Source: Deltaproteobacteria bacterium (lineage in GTDB: Bacteria; Desulfobacterota; GWC2-55-46). Taken from it: a stretch of 64,000 bases of DNA. The translations under genes and the position numbers were made by a program. The DNA lies in NCBI GenBank assembly GCA_016234935.1, contig JACRNL010000001.1:200679-264678 (forward strand), written 5' to 3'. Under the pieces are notes generated by a model, which did no database searches, was not told the DNA's origin, and was given only the letters and a program-made list of their open reading frames with translations. Shown here in pieces: positions 10,142 to 20,103 of this stretch. Each line of letters starts with the position of its first letter. Within the stretch, counting starts at the first letter, position 1.

Positions 10142-11062
10142 TCATTCGACGAGAATATACTTGGCCGGGTTTACTTCAACTCCGTTCATTGCGACCGAAT
10201 AATGAAGGTGCGGGCCGGTGGAGCGGCCGGTGGAGCCGACCGCGGCTATCTTCTGGCCCCTTTTGACCTTCTGCCCTACCCGGACGTTTAACTCGGACAG
10301 ATGCCCGTAACTGGTCTCCATGCCGTAGCCGTGCCGCAAGACCACCGCCTTGCCGAGGTTTGACTCCCACGACGCCTTTACGACGATGCCGTCCGCCGTG
10401 GCAAAAACCGGCGTGCCCACGCGGTTGGCTATGTCCAGCCCCTTGTGCATCTGGGCCATTCCGGTGTAAGGAGACGTCCTTATGCCGAATGTGGATGTGA
10501 CCCACCCCTTCACCGGCCATATGGACGGAGTGGCCGCAAAGAACGACGACCGGCTCATGAGGTGTTCCTGTATCTCGACGAAACTTTTTTCCTGGGAGAT
10601 GGCCTTTTTCTCAAGCTGGCTTATCTCCGAGTGCATGTCTTTCAGCAGATCGTCTACCTTCGCCTTCGGGGTAGAGAGGTAGTCATCCACGTCCTTCGAG
10701 GAGTCTCCGCCAAGGCCCTTGAGTTCATCCCTGTCCGAACCCTTCGGCTTTTCGATGTTGGCGACGATGCGCAGTTTCTTGTCGAACATGCTCAGCTTCT
10801 GATACTGCTCCTCGATGCCCCGTATCTTGCCGGCGAAGTTCTGCAGCTCCAGCTTCTGGGCGATGTTTTCCCGCCTGAGCCTGCTGAGTTCCAGCGCGTT
10901 CCCCTTGAGCTTTACATAATCATATACGACAAAGGCAAGAATAAGGGAAACAGCCGCGGCTGCGGCGCAAATGCCCTTGATGAACTTTACAGGCACCTTG
11001 ATCTGCCTTGTTCTGGAAGCGTCGTTAGTCAAAACAAAGAATGTCAGACATTTTTTTTTCAA
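10142..11062 (-). CDS. M23 family murein endopeptidase with coiled coil (MepM/NlpD-like)
   Basis: N-terminal TM segment, coiled coil, HKGLD, YGHL, STGPHLHY. Confidence 0.93.
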   Translation of the reverse strand: MKKKCLTFFVLTNDASRTRQIKVPVKFIKGICAAAAAVSLILAFVVYDYVKLKGNALELSRLRRENIAQKLELQNFAGKIRGIEEQYQKLSMFDKKLRIVANIEKPKGSDRDELKGLGGDSSKDVDDYLSTPKAKVDDLLKDMHSEISQLEKKAISQEKSFVEIQEHLMSRSSFFAATPSIWPVKGWVTSTFGIRTSPYTGMAQMHKGLDIANRVGTPVFATADGIVVKASWESNLGKAVVLRHGYGMETSYGHLSELNVRVGQKVKRGQKIAAVGSTGRSTGPHLHYSVAMNGVEVNPAKYILVE

Positions 11063-11313
11063 TGACGCCCTCCTCTTGATTTAGATCAGGGATTCCAAGC
11101 CTGTTTATGAAAATCTTTTACATTTTAAAGGGGTCAAGCCCCAATCCGGTAAAAGACAGCGGGAGACTCTTATACTTTTTGTTGCTTAGATTGATTAACA
11201 TACCGTTTACCAAATGTCAAGCCATTATCCGCGGTAAAATCAAACAGGGCGTTCTACGCATGGCCCGCATTCTACGACAATCCCCTTAATCCATCAGTGA
11301 CAAAAATCACCAT

Positions 11314-11403
11314 CCCCCGCTTCAGCCTGCCCTTTGAAAGGGTTCAACCCTTTGAAAGGGTTCAACCCTCGAATGTTTCTATCGGGGGACACGCGAGGAC
11401 AGG
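11314..11403. repeat. Nested repeat: a 27-bp unit containing an inverted 27-bp unit, which contains two 18-bp type A units
   Basis: Outer 11314-11325 plus 11389-11403; inner 11326-11388; equivalent without the 36 bp at 56513-56566. Confidence 0.88.
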
Positions 11404-11413
11404 AAAAACGGCG

Positions 11414-12100
11414 CTACGGGTGCATATACAGGACGACCCTGTCCTTTTCCATTTTAATATAGCCCTCTTCGGCCATCTTCTTCAATGCCCGGCTGACGAC
11501 CTCCCTTGAAGAGCCTATCATGGCGGCCAGCTCTTCGTGCGTCGGCCTTTCCACGTATATGATCTTTTCCTTTGCAGCGTCCCCGTGCTTTGACATTCCG
11601 ATAAGCGTGTGCGCTATCCTTCCGCACACGTCTAAAAGCGCAAGTCCGCCTATCTTCCTCGTGGCCTCGCGAAGCCTGCCCGTGAAGTACGCAAGGAGCG
11701 TGGTATAGACCCTGTGGTGCCTGCTTAGATATCCCAAAAACCCCTCCTTGCTTACTACAAAGCACTCGATGTCCGTTATGGCCTCGACGTTCGCCGAGCG
11801 GGGCTTGTTGTCAAGGATGGACATCTCGCCGAACATGTCGCCCTCCGTCAGTATCGCGACGACGATCTCCCTGCCCTCCTCGCCGTAAAGGTTTACGTTT
11901 ACCTTGCCGGAGAGGATGAAGTAGACGGCGTCGCCCATGTCTCCCTCGGTGACTATCTGCGTGCGCGCCGGCCAGCCCTTGACTTCGCCGATTGCGATGA
12001 AGTCCTTTATATAGAAGTCCTCAAGCCCCTTGAAGAGCGGATTCCTTGATAGGACCTCTTTAATGTCAACAGGATCTTTTTTAACGGTCTTGTCGATCAT
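11414..12100 (-). CDS. Crp/Fnr family transcriptional regulator
   Basis: cNMP-binding domain (FGEMS..PRSA) and HTH (THEELAAMIGSSREVVSR). Confidence 0.93.
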   Translation of the reverse strand: MIDKTVKKDPVDIKEVLSRNPLFKGLEDFYIKDFIAIGEVKGWPARTQIVTEGDMGDAVYFILSGKVNVNLYGEEGREIVVAILTEGDMFGEMSILDNKPRSANVEAITDIECFVVSKEGFLGYLSRHHRVYTTLLAYFTGRLREATRKIGGLALLDVCGRIAHTLIGMSKHGDAAKEKIIYVERPTHEELAAMIGSSREVVSRALKKMAEEGYIKMEKDRVVLYMHP

Positions 12101-13500
12101 GCCCCGCTTGCCTCCAGTTCGCCTACGAGTATGCTCGGCGCGCCTATTGAACCTATAAAGCGCATATCCGCGCCCGCCTGACCGACCTTTGAAAAAAGAT
12201 CAAGCAAATTGCCTGAGATGGCCAGACCACGGACCGGATAACTCACTTTTCCGCCCTCCACCCAGAGCCCCGTTGCCCCAAGGGAAAACTCTCCGCTTAC
12301 GGTGTTGATGGTATGAACGCCCAGGACGTCCGTGATGAACAGCCCCCTGTCAAGCTCCTTTAAGAGGGCGCTAAGCGGCTTTTTTCCCTTTTCAATGTAG
12401 ACGTTCGATGTGCCGGGCACAGGCGTGCCTTTAAAGCCCGACCTTGCGCTGCTGCCCGTGGATCTGACGCCGTCCTTTAAGGCCCAGTAGGTGTCGTACA
12501 GGAAATTTTCAGCCACGCCGCTGACGATTAGCGGCGTTTTCTGGCGCGGCGCGCCCTCGCCGTCGTAAACCGACGAGGCCCATCCGCCTTTAAGCGTGCC
12601 GTCGTCATACAGGTTTATCGCCTTTGAGACAACGGCCTTGCCGAGCTTTCCGGCGAGCATGGACTTCCCCTTATGCACGTTATCGGCCAGAAATGAACTC
12701 ACGAGCGGCTCAAGCAGCTCGCAGACCACGGTATTTTCGATAACGGACGGGCATTTGACGGTCTTCATCGTCCGCGCGCCGAGCATGCGCAGGGCATTGT
12801 CCGCCGCGCCCTTGCCGACGCTGACGGGATCTACCGCCCTTCTTTTATGGCCCATGCCGACTTCCCAGCCCATCTGGGAATCTCCGCCTTCCTCAGCCAC
12901 CGCGGTAACGCTGCCTGAAAAAAACGTGGCCAGATGCGCGGCGTCAACGCCGCTTGAGTTGACGAGGCGGCTGAAATGCGTTGACTCGCTGTAAGATGCC
13001 TTCCTCACGCGCCTTACCTTCGTTGAGGCCGACATCGCGCTCGCTTCAAGGAGAAGCGCGCACTGTATCTTCTCATCCTCGGTGGTCTTGCCAATAGACC
13101 TGTCGAAGATATCGAGCGCCTTTTCATCGCAGTTCGGCCTGCCCGGAAGGGTGAACAAAAGGAACTCATCCTTCGCGGTATGCCTGCTCGCAGCGACGGT
13201 ATTTTCAACGAGGTCTTTAAGCGCGTCATTGGAAAGCACGCTTGAAAAGCCAAAGCCCTGCGACCCGTTCGATATAACGCGCAGCCCAATGCCCTCGCTT
13301 GACCTTGCCTTCACGGAGTCTATCTCGCCCTTTTGCGCCTCAACGCCAAAGCCCGTGTCGCGGGAGTAGAATATCTCGTAGGAGGCAACGCCGTTTTTCT
13401 TCAGAATGCCGACAAGGGAACCTATCACCGCCTCATGTGCCTCTGACCCGGCCTTGGCGTGCCTCGCGGCCTTGCCCGCACCTTTCAATTTTACCTTCAC
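12097..13500 (-). CDS. pmbA: TldD/PmbA family protein (PmbA/TldE)
   Basis: GIGLRVI, YDGEG, STGSSAR, SGEFSLGA, AISGNLLD. Confidence 0.88.
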   Translation of the reverse strand: MKVKLKGAGKAARHAKAGSEAHEAVIGSLVGILKKNGVASYEIFYSRDTGFGVEAQKGEIDSVKARSSEGIGLRVISNGSQGFGFSSVLSNDALKDLVENTVAASRHTAKDEFLLFTLPGRPNCDEKALDIFDRSIGKTTEDEKIQCALLLEASAMSASTKVRRVRKASYSESTHFSRLVNSSGVDAAHLATFFSGSVTAVAEEGGDSQMGWEVGMGHKRRAVDPVSVGKGAADNALRMLGARTMKTVKCPSVIENTVVCELLEPLVSSFLADNVHKGKSMLAGKLGKAVVSKAINLYDDGTLKGGWASSVYDGEGAPRQKTPLIVSGVAENFLYDTYWALKDGVRSTGSSARSGFKGTPVPGTSNVYIEKGKKPLSALLKELDRGLFITDVLGVHTINTVSGEFSLGATGLWVEGGKVSYPVRGLAISGNLLDLFSKVGQAGADMRFIGSIGAPSILVGELEASGA

Positions 13501-13593
13501 GATTACCTTTTTTATTCAAGCTGTTGATTGTTCTTTTTATAAAAAAACGCGACAGCCTTTGCCGGGCAGTCAGGAGGAAATTGCCGGCGGCCG

Positions 13594-14046
13594 TCACTTC
13601 ACCTCTATCATCACCGCGGTCTCGTCGCAGCTCGGGAACCTGTCGCACTTGATGCAGTCGCCCCATATCTTCTGCGGCAGGGTGATTTTATCCACGACAT
13701 GGAAGTTCTGCCTCGCGAAAAAACCGGTCTTGTACGTGAGCGCGAAGACCCTTTTTATCCCAAGCGCCTTTGCCTCGGCAAGGCACGCCTCGACGAGCCT
13801 TCTGCCCACGCCCCTTTTGGTGAATTCGTCGCGCACGGCAAGAGACCGTATCTCGCCGAGGTCCGGCCCGCAGATGTGCAGCGCAGAAGTCCCGCAGATG
13901 AAGCCGTCCTCCTCGAACACGAAAAAGTCCCTTAGGCTGCCTTCTATCTCCGTTACCGGACGGGCGAGCATTGTTCCCTTTTTAGCAAAGACGTCTATTA
14001 CTTCAAAAATCTGCTTAACGTCGTTTAGCGTGGCCTTTCTTACCAA
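13594..14046 (-). CDS. GNAT N-acetyltransferase (short ArgA-like)
   Basis: LGEIRSLAV, GVGRRLV, FALTY..FF, LPQKIWGDC..C. Confidence 0.85.
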   Translation of the reverse strand: MVRKATLNDVKQIFEVIDVFAKKGTMLARPVTEIEGSLRDFFVFEEDGFICGTSALHICGPDLGEIRSLAVRDEFTKRGVGRRLVEACLAEAKALGIKRVFALTYKTGFFARQNFHVVDKITLPQKIWGDCIKCDRFPSCDETAVMIEVK

Positions 14047-14131
14047 CTCTCCTCCGTGGACAGAATCTTATATCATCCGGCTTTACAAGGGGCGGCAACA
14101 ATTGAAAGAAGCCCCCGCCCGCTCCCGCGCT

Positions 14132-15913
14132 TTAATCATGCGGCTGTGTCTTGGGCGCGGCGCCCGCCTGGGGCTCGGCCCCTTTAAGGGGCGGCTCCTT
14201 CTTTTTCGAGAGCTTCTCCGCCATTTCCATAAGCTCGCTTGCGTGGCTTCTGGTGACGTCAGTTACCAACGCGCCGCCGAGCATCCTGGATATCTGTTCT
14301 ATGTTTTCCTTGCCCTTCAATTCCTTTATCATGACTACGGTATTATTGCCTTTCGTCTGTTTTGTGACCGCGAAATGTTTATCCGCAAAGGCCGCTATCT
14401 GAGGCAGGTGCGTTATGCATATGACCTGATGCGCCCTTGAGACCTCTTTGAGCTTTAGCCCGACGGCCTGCGCGGTGGCCCCGCTCACACCCGCGTCTAT
14501 CTCGTCAAAAACTACGGTTGAAACCCTGCCGGAGAGCGTGGCCCTTTTCATGGACAGCATTATCCTTGAAAGCTCTCCTCCGGAGGCGATGCGGGCGAGG
14601 GGCCTGGCCGCCTCTCCCGGATTCGTAGACAGGAGAAAGCTCACCCTGTCCGCGCCTTTTTCACCGAAACGCAGGCTCCCGTTCGGGTTCATTTCAGTGT
14701 CGACCTTCACGTCAAAGATCGTGCCCTTCATGCCCAGACCCTTCAATTCGTCCTCTATTTTCCCCTTGAGCCGCCCGGCGGCCTCATGGCGCGCTTTCGA
14801 GAGTTTTTCCGCGGCGGCCTCGGCCTTGTCCCTTTCGGCCTTCAGGGCCTTTTCAAGCTCCTTGCGGCGGTCATCGAAGTTCGTCAGGCCGTTTAATTCG
14901 TCGTCAAAGGCCTTTTTTCTGGCGAGTATTTCGTCTATGGAAGTGCCGTATTTCTTCTTGAGCTTGTTTATCTCGTCAAGCCGCGCGCCTGTCTGCTCAA
15001 GCTCGTCGGGGTCGAATTCAATGGTCTTTGAATAATCCCTCAGATACGCGCCGGTATCCTCTATCTGGTATGTGCCCGCCTCGATGACCTCAACGGCCTT
15101 TTTCAATTTATCGTCGTAGGCCGCCACGTCGCGGAGCGATTTTATGACGGAGCCGAGCCTTTCCATTACGGAGCCGGAATCGGAGTATATGATATTTTCC
15201 GCGTTGACAGCCGCGGCCTTTATCCTCTCGGCGTTCCGGAGCATATCTTTACGCTTCAGGAATGCCTCTTCCATGCCGGGCCTGAGCCCCGCGTCGCCTA
15301 TTTCCTTTGACTGAAAGGCCAGCATGTCCTTCCTGCCCGCCGCGTCCTTTGAATCGCGCAGCAGGTCGTCAAGCTCCTTTTTAATAAAATAATAGCCTGC
15401 ATACGCGTCGTGCATCCGGGCGCGCATATCAAAAAAACCGCCGAATGCGTCAAGGGCCTCTATGTGCTCCTCAGGCCTTGTGAGGGACTGGTGCTCGCTC
15501 TGGCCGCATATGTCTATAAGACGCATGCCCACCTCCGTAAGCGTGACCAGGGTGGCAAGGCTTCCGTTGATGTAAATCCTGTTCCTTCCGGCCTTTTGAA
15601 TGACCCTTTTTATAATGAGGCTGTCTGAATGCGGTATGCCTGCTTCCCTTAGAACGTGCTCTACGCCTCCGGCATCCGGGACGGCCCTGCCCGCGCAGCT
15701 TGAAACATCAAAGAGCGCCTCCACCTCGGCCTCCTCAGCCGAAGTCCTTACGATGTCGTTCGATGCCCTGTCGCCCAAAATCAGCGCGACGGCGTCTATT
15801 ATTATGCTCTTACCCGCGCCGGTCTCTCCGGTGAAGATGTTAAAGCCGGCGCCGAATCTGACGGTAAGGTTGTCTATGATGGCGAAATTTTTAATATGGA
15901 GCTCTGTCAGCAT
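14132..15913 (-). CDS. recN: DNA repair protein RecN
   Basis: TGETGAGKS, ASGGELSR, FDEID, ITHLPQIAA; start at MLTELHIK. Confidence 0.96.
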   Translation of the reverse strand: MLTELHIKNFAIIDNLTVRFGAGFNIFTGETGAGKSIIIDAVALILGDRASNDIVRTSAEEAEVEALFDVSSCAGRAVPDAGGVEHVLREAGIPHSDSLIIKRVIQKAGRNRIYINGSLATLVTLTEVGMRLIDICGQSEHQSLTRPEEHIEALDAFGGFFDMRARMHDAYAGYYFIKKELDDLLRDSKDAAGRKDMLAFQSKEIGDAGLRPGMEEAFLKRKDMLRNAERIKAAAVNAENIIYSDSGSVMERLGSVIKSLRDVAAYDDKLKKAVEVIEAGTYQIEDTGAYLRDYSKTIEFDPDELEQTGARLDEINKLKKKYGTSIDEILARKKAFDDELNGLTNFDDRRKELEKALKAERDKAEAAAEKLSKARHEAAGRLKGKIEDELKGLGMKGTIFDVKVDTEMNPNGSLRFGEKGADRVSFLLSTNPGEAARPLARIASGGELSRIMLSMKRATLSGRVSTVVFDEIDAGVSGATAQAVGLKLKEVSRAHQVICITHLPQIAAFADKHFAVTKQTKGNNTVVMIKELKGKENIEQISRMLGGALVTDVTRSHASELMEMAEKLSKKKEPPLKGAEPQAGAAPKTQPHD

Positions 15914-15963
15914 AACCCTCGCAGGGTGGCGCGCGCTCGTTCGTGAGGCGCGTGATTCGGAGA

Positions 15964-16875
15964 TTACTTCAAATCCCTGTCCATGACGGACTTCGCGTCC
16001 GGTTTGACTTCCCACATGAGTCTTTCTCTAAGTATCTCAAAATAGCTCTTGCCTTCATACTTTACAAGATAGACGCTCGTGGACGCCCTTTTCACGGAAA
16101 CAAGGTCGCCCTCGCCGAGGGCGACGTCCACCTGGCCGTCAAGGACGAGCATCGTGCCGGACTCGGCGGCGGCAAGTTTCACATCCACGCTCATCCAGTC
16201 CGGTATGACCACGGGCCGTTTCGTAAGGTTAAACGGGCATATCGGCGCGACTATTATGGAATGAATCGTCGGGTAGAGTATCGGCCCGGCGGCAGAGAGC
16301 GAATACGCGGTTGATCCGGTCGGCGTGGCGATGATAAGGCCGTCTGCCCTGTATGTGGTGACGTATTCCTTGTTGATGCACGTCTCCATGCGGACGAGCC
16401 TGGCGCTGGTGCCCTTTACGACCGCGTCGTTCAAGACCTTATGCTCGGAAACGAGCCTGCCTTTTCTCCTTAGCTCCACGGACAGCATCATCCGCTCTTC
16501 TATTTCGCACGCGCCTTTTATGACGCGCTCAAGCAGGGGAAATACCTCGCTTACGGTAATGGCGGTGAGAAAACCCAGACCGCCCATGTTTACGCCGAGG
16601 ATGGGTATCCTTTTGCCGCGCATGAGCCGCGCGGCGTAGAGCATGGTGCCGTCGCCGCCGAGGACTACCACCACGTCCGCGTAGTCCCTGAGCCTTTCGG
16701 ACGCGACTACCTTCGCGGGCTTCACCTTGCGCGACGCCCGGCTGTCGGCGTAAACCTTCAGGCCGTGAAGCTGGGCCCATGCGGCGACGGCGCAGCCGAG
16801 GTTTATGGCCTCAAGGCTCCCTGCCTTGACTACCAGCCCCAGACTTTTTACTGCGCTTGCGGCCTTTTTTACCAT
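15964..16875 (-). CDS. nadK: NAD(+) kinase
   Basis: GGDGTML, GLGFL, LNDAVV, ADGLIIATPTGSTAYSLSAAGP. Confidence 0.96.
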   Translation of the reverse strand: MVKKAASAVKSLGLVVKAGSLEAINLGCAVAAWAQLHGLKVYADSRASRKVKPAKVVASERLRDYADVVVVLGGDGTMLYAARLMRGKRIPILGVNMGGLGFLTAITVSEVFPLLERVIKGACEIEERMMLSVELRRKGRLVSEHKVLNDAVVKGTSARLVRMETCINKEYVTTYRADGLIIATPTGSTAYSLSAAGPILYPTIHSIIVAPICPFNLTKRPVVIPDWMSVDVKLAAAESGTMLVLDGQVDVALGEGDLVSVKRASTSVYLVKYEGKSYFEILRERLMWEVKPDAKSVMDRDLK

Positions 16876-16910
16876 TTACGCATACCTCATGCCTTTACGT
16901 TGCAACATCT

Positions 16911-16987
16911 CAAATCCCCCCTGCCCCCTTTTCTAAAGGGGGAGAATCAGATATTCCCCCTTTGTAAAGGGGGCTAAGGGGGATTTT
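16911..16987. repeat. Inverted doublet of the CCCCCTTT..AAAGGGGG repeat
   Basis: AAATCCCCCC..CCCCCTTTTCTAAAGGGGG ... CCCCCTTTGTAAAGGGGGCTAAGGGGGATTTT. Confidence 0.8.
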
Positions 16988-17000
16988 GTAATGGCGTCTT

Positions 17001-18023
17001 TCACCTCTGTGGTTCTATGATCACCTTCATGGAATCTTTCGCCTCCGCGGTAAGTCTGAAACCAAGCCGTGCCTCGCCAAGTGAAAGCCTGTGGGTTATC
17101 ATGTCTGATACCTCGACCCTTTTACTTTCCATCAAGTTTAAGGCAACCTGAGTATCATATGGCGGAGAGGCGTATGAATTAACTATCGTTACGTTGTCCC
17201 TCCATAAATCAAAGACCGGCAGGGGATAGGTCTGGCCCGGCTCTTTGAGCGCGAAGAAGAGCACTGTCCCTGCCCTGTCAACGCTTTTAAGCCCCTGCGC
17301 GACCGCCCCGTCGCTCGCCGCGCACAGGATGACGACGTCCGCACCCCTGCCCAGAAAATCACGGACAGCGCAGGGGACGTCATCTGTGGCCTTTAACGTC
17401 AAATCCGCCCCGAACCTCTTTGCGGCGTCAAGCCTGAAATCGTTTATATCCGTGGCTATTATCCTGCCGGCGCCCAGCGCCCTTGCGAGCTTTATATGCA
17501 GAAGCCCTGAAAGGCCGCTTCCGATGACAAGAACGCTTTTGCCCGCCTCCACGCGCGCGGCCCTCTGTCCGCGCACGACGCACCCAAGAGGCTCCGAGAA
17601 GCTGCCCTCCTCGAAGCTGAGGCCGGCCGGCAGGATGAAAACGCCCCTGTCGGCGTTTATCGCAGGGACCCTGACGTATTCGGCAAAACCGCCTGGGAAA
17701 AAGTTCGTCGTCCTCAAGGTGTCGCACACGGAATGCTCACCCCTGAGGCAATACCTGCACGTATTGCACGGCACATGGTGCGCCGCCGTGACGCGGTCGC
17801 CGGGTGAAAACCGCGTCACACCCTTGCCGGCCTCTTCCACTATGCCGGCGACCTCGTGGCCAAGGACGAGCGGCGCCTTTTTTATGCGGTACCACTCCAT
17901 CACGTCGCTGCCGCATATGCCGCTGGCGATTATCCTTATAAGTATCTCACCGTCTGAAATCCTGGGCCTCTCGACCTCCTCCAGACGGACGTCTCTGTTG
18001 CTATAATACACTGCGGCGCGCAA
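17001..18023 (-). CDS. Zn-dependent alcohol/polyol dehydrogenase (MDR family)
   Basis: GICGSD, GHE, CxxCxxC..C, GSGLSG. Confidence 0.92.
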   Translation of the reverse strand: MRAAVYYSNRDVRLEEVERPRISDGEILIRIIASGICGSDVMEWYRIKKAPLVLGHEVAGIVEEAGKGVTRFSPGDRVTAAHHVPCNTCRYCLRGEHSVCDTLRTTNFFPGGFAEYVRVPAINADRGVFILPAGLSFEEGSFSEPLGCVVRGQRAARVEAGKSVLVIGSGLSGLLHIKLARALGAGRIIATDINDFRLDAAKRFGADLTLKATDDVPCAVRDFLGRGADVVILCAASDGAVAQGLKSVDRAGTVLFFALKEPGQTYPLPVFDLWRDNVTIVNSYASPPYDTQVALNLMESKRVEVSDMITHRLSLGEARLGFRLTAEAKDSMKVIIEPQR

Positions 18024-18064
18024 AAAAACCTCCTGACTGCGTCTATGAGCCGGATAACGTCAAC

Positions 18065-18091
18065 TCCCCGCTTAAAGCCTGCGGGGACATG
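18065..18091 (-). repeat. Single (un-nested) 27-bp hairpin unit
   Basis: Minus strand CATGTCCCCGCAGGCTTTAAGCGGGGA. Confidence 0.8.
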
Positions 18092-18115
18092 CTTTCTTAC
18101 CGGCGCTGATATCAA

Positions 18116-18940
18116 CTACGCTACCGCGGTCTTGTCTTTTTTATGGGCCTTTTTGCCCTCTTCCCTGGCCAGCGCGTTAAAGAGGTCCCATGCCTTGTCG
18201 GGCTTCATGTTGTTGTGGACGACCTCGCGCACTGTTCGTATCATGGACACCGGATGCTCGGACTGGAAGATGTTCCTGCCCATGTCCACACCGGCGGCCC
18301 CCCTTGAAACGGCGTTGTAGGAAAGCTCTATAGCCTCTCTTTCCGGTATCTTCTTGCCTCCGGCGATGACTATCGGCACGGGGCAGTTTTTCACCACGCT
18401 CTCAAAATCGTCGCAGTAATAGGTCTTGACGACGTGCGCTCCAAGCTCGGCGGCAATCCTGCAGGCAAGGCCGAGATAGCGCGAATCGCGCACCATGTCC
18501 TTGCCTACGGCCGTAACCGCCAGCACCGGCACGCCAAACTCCTCGGCCTCGTTCACAATGTTCGCGAGCGCAAGGAGCGTCTGCTTTTCAAGCTGCGAAC
18601 CGACGAATACTGAAAGGGCGACCCCGGCGACATTGAGCCTTAGGGAATCCTTCATTGAAACGGTCGTGCCCTCGTCGGCAAGGTTTCCGAGGATGCTTGT
18701 GCCGCCGGAGACGCGAAGCACCACCGGCACGTTCATCCGCGGGTCGACACAAGCGCGCAGAACGCCCCTCGTGAGCATCAAGGTGTCGGCATAGGGCAGG
18801 AGCGGGGCGACGGTCTTCCCCGGCTCCTCAAGGCCGGTCGTTGGCCCCAAGAAATATCCATGATCAACGGCAAGCATGACCGTCCTGCCGGTCTCCGGTC
18901 TTATGATCTTTGATAAACGGTTTCTCATTCCCCAATCCAT
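18116..18940 (-). CDS. lsrF: LsrF-like thiolase / DhnA-type class I aldolase
   Basis: MDWGMRNRL, AVDHGYFLGPTTGLE, VKTYY, AGGKK, DMGRNIFQ. Confidence 0.85.
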   Translation of the reverse strand: MDWGMRNRLSKIIRPETGRTVMLAVDHGYFLGPTTGLEEPGKTVAPLLPYADTLMLTRGVLRACVDPRMNVPVVLRVSGGTSILGNLADEGTTVSMKDSLRLNVAGVALSVFVGSQLEKQTLLALANIVNEAEEFGVPVLAVTAVGKDMVRDSRYLGLACRIAAELGAHVVKTYYCDDFESVVKNCPVPIVIAGGKKIPEREAIELSYNAVSRGAAGVDMGRNIFQSEHPVSMIRTVREVVHNNMKPDKAWDLFNALAREEGKKAHKKDKTAVA

Positions 18941-19057
18941 ATATGCTGCCTCCTTATTTGTAATTAATATCCTGTAAAATGAAATTCGGCGAAAAGGCCG
19001 AGAAAACACGGGTTTATGATAGGAGGATAGCAAGCTAAACGCGATACGTCAACTATT

Positions 19058-19396
19058 TTATGAGCCATGCCTCTGAGCGTCTGCAGTAAAGGCGTCACGG
19101 CAGGAGCTTGAGCAGAAATAAACAGTCTCGCGCGCCGCGGCGAGCGAGACGGCGCTGCTTATCGGGACGTAATTCCCGCAGACCGGGTCAAGCGCTGTCT
19201 CTTCCGCGTTTTCAGGATGGTTTTTAACGGTATGCCGGGCGGAATTCGGAACCTTTTGCCCTTTGGCGGCGCCCTTCATAGCGGCTTTTTTGCCGCGGGA
19301 CACGGCAAACTTTTTCCGCAGGACGAATATCTTGACTACCAGATAGACAAGATACAGAAAGGCAAGCGCAATAAGAGTATTTATGCCCCTTTTCAT
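19058..19396 (-). CDS. Membrane-anchored YHS/TRASH-domain protein
   Basis: N-terminal TM segment; DPVCG...YFCS..C. Confidence 0.8.
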   Translation of the reverse strand: MKRGINTLIALAFLYLVYLVVKIFVLRKKFAVSRGKKAAMKGAAKGQKVPNSARHTVKNHPENAEETALDPVCGNYVPISSAVSLAAARETVYFCSSSCRDAFTADAQRHGS

Positions 19397-19410
19397 ACAA
19401 AAAAACCTCC

Positions 19411-19576
19411 CTGCTGAAAAGTCAGGTTGCTCAAAACATGTCCCCGCAGGCCTGCCCTCGCGTGTCTAAAGCGGGGGCTTTAAGCGGGGAAGCCCCGGCT
19501 GCCATGCGACGAAGCCTGCCCTCGCAGGCTTTAAGCGGGGGGCAACGACGTAGATGGGGCGCTTGAGGTCAGCCTG
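19411..19576 (+). repeat. Shortened ~150-bp MITE-like repeat invaded by three 27-bp units
   Basis: Aligns to 59749-59898 once 19437-19490 (nested 54 bp) and 19515-19541 (27 bp) are removed. Confidence 0.8.
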
Positions 19577-20075
19577 AGTGCGGAGTCAAGGCGTCAAGCC
19601 CGATGACCTTGTCTTTGCCTTTTACGCTCCCAAGCAGACTTCTTACATCTTTCCCAAGAACCGGGTGGATAAGATCAGGGGCTATCTCCCCGAGCGGCGC
19701 AAGGACAAAGGCCCTTTCATGCGCCGATGGGTGGGGAATAACAAGACCCCTGCCGCGGACTATCTTATCACCGTAAAACAGTATATCAATGTCAATCGGT
19801 CTCGGCCCGAAGCGGGCATTCTTGCCCCTGCCCATCTCCCTTTCGACGGACTTCAGGAGACCCAGCAACTCCGCGGGCTTAAGCGACGTTTTTATCCCGG
19901 CCGCGCAATTAATATATCTTGCGCCGGACGCGCCGCCCCAGGGGGCGGTCTCGTAAAAACGGCTTTTGCTGATTATTATTATTTCCCTGAACTCAGAGAG
20001 CCTCAAAAGAGCCCTGCGGCAGTTGCCTATCCTGCCGCCGAGGTTTGAGCCGATGGAAAGAAAGGCGCGCGTCAT
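19569..20075 (-). CDS. folK: 6-hydroxymethyl-7,8-dihydropterin pyrophosphokinase
   Basis: SIGSNLG, YETAPWG, GPRPIDIDIL, IPHP..ERAFVL. Confidence 0.96.
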   Translation of the reverse strand: MTRAFLSIGSNLGGRIGNCRRALLRLSEFREIIIISKSRFYETAPWGGASGARYINCAAGIKTSLKPAELLGLLKSVEREMGRGKNARFGPRPIDIDILFYGDKIVRGRGLVIPHPSAHERAFVLAPLGEIAPDLIHPVLGKDVRSLLGSVKGKDKVIGLDALTPHSG

Positions 20076-20103
20076 AAAATAAGAGGCCTGCTCGTCAGTT
20101 TGA

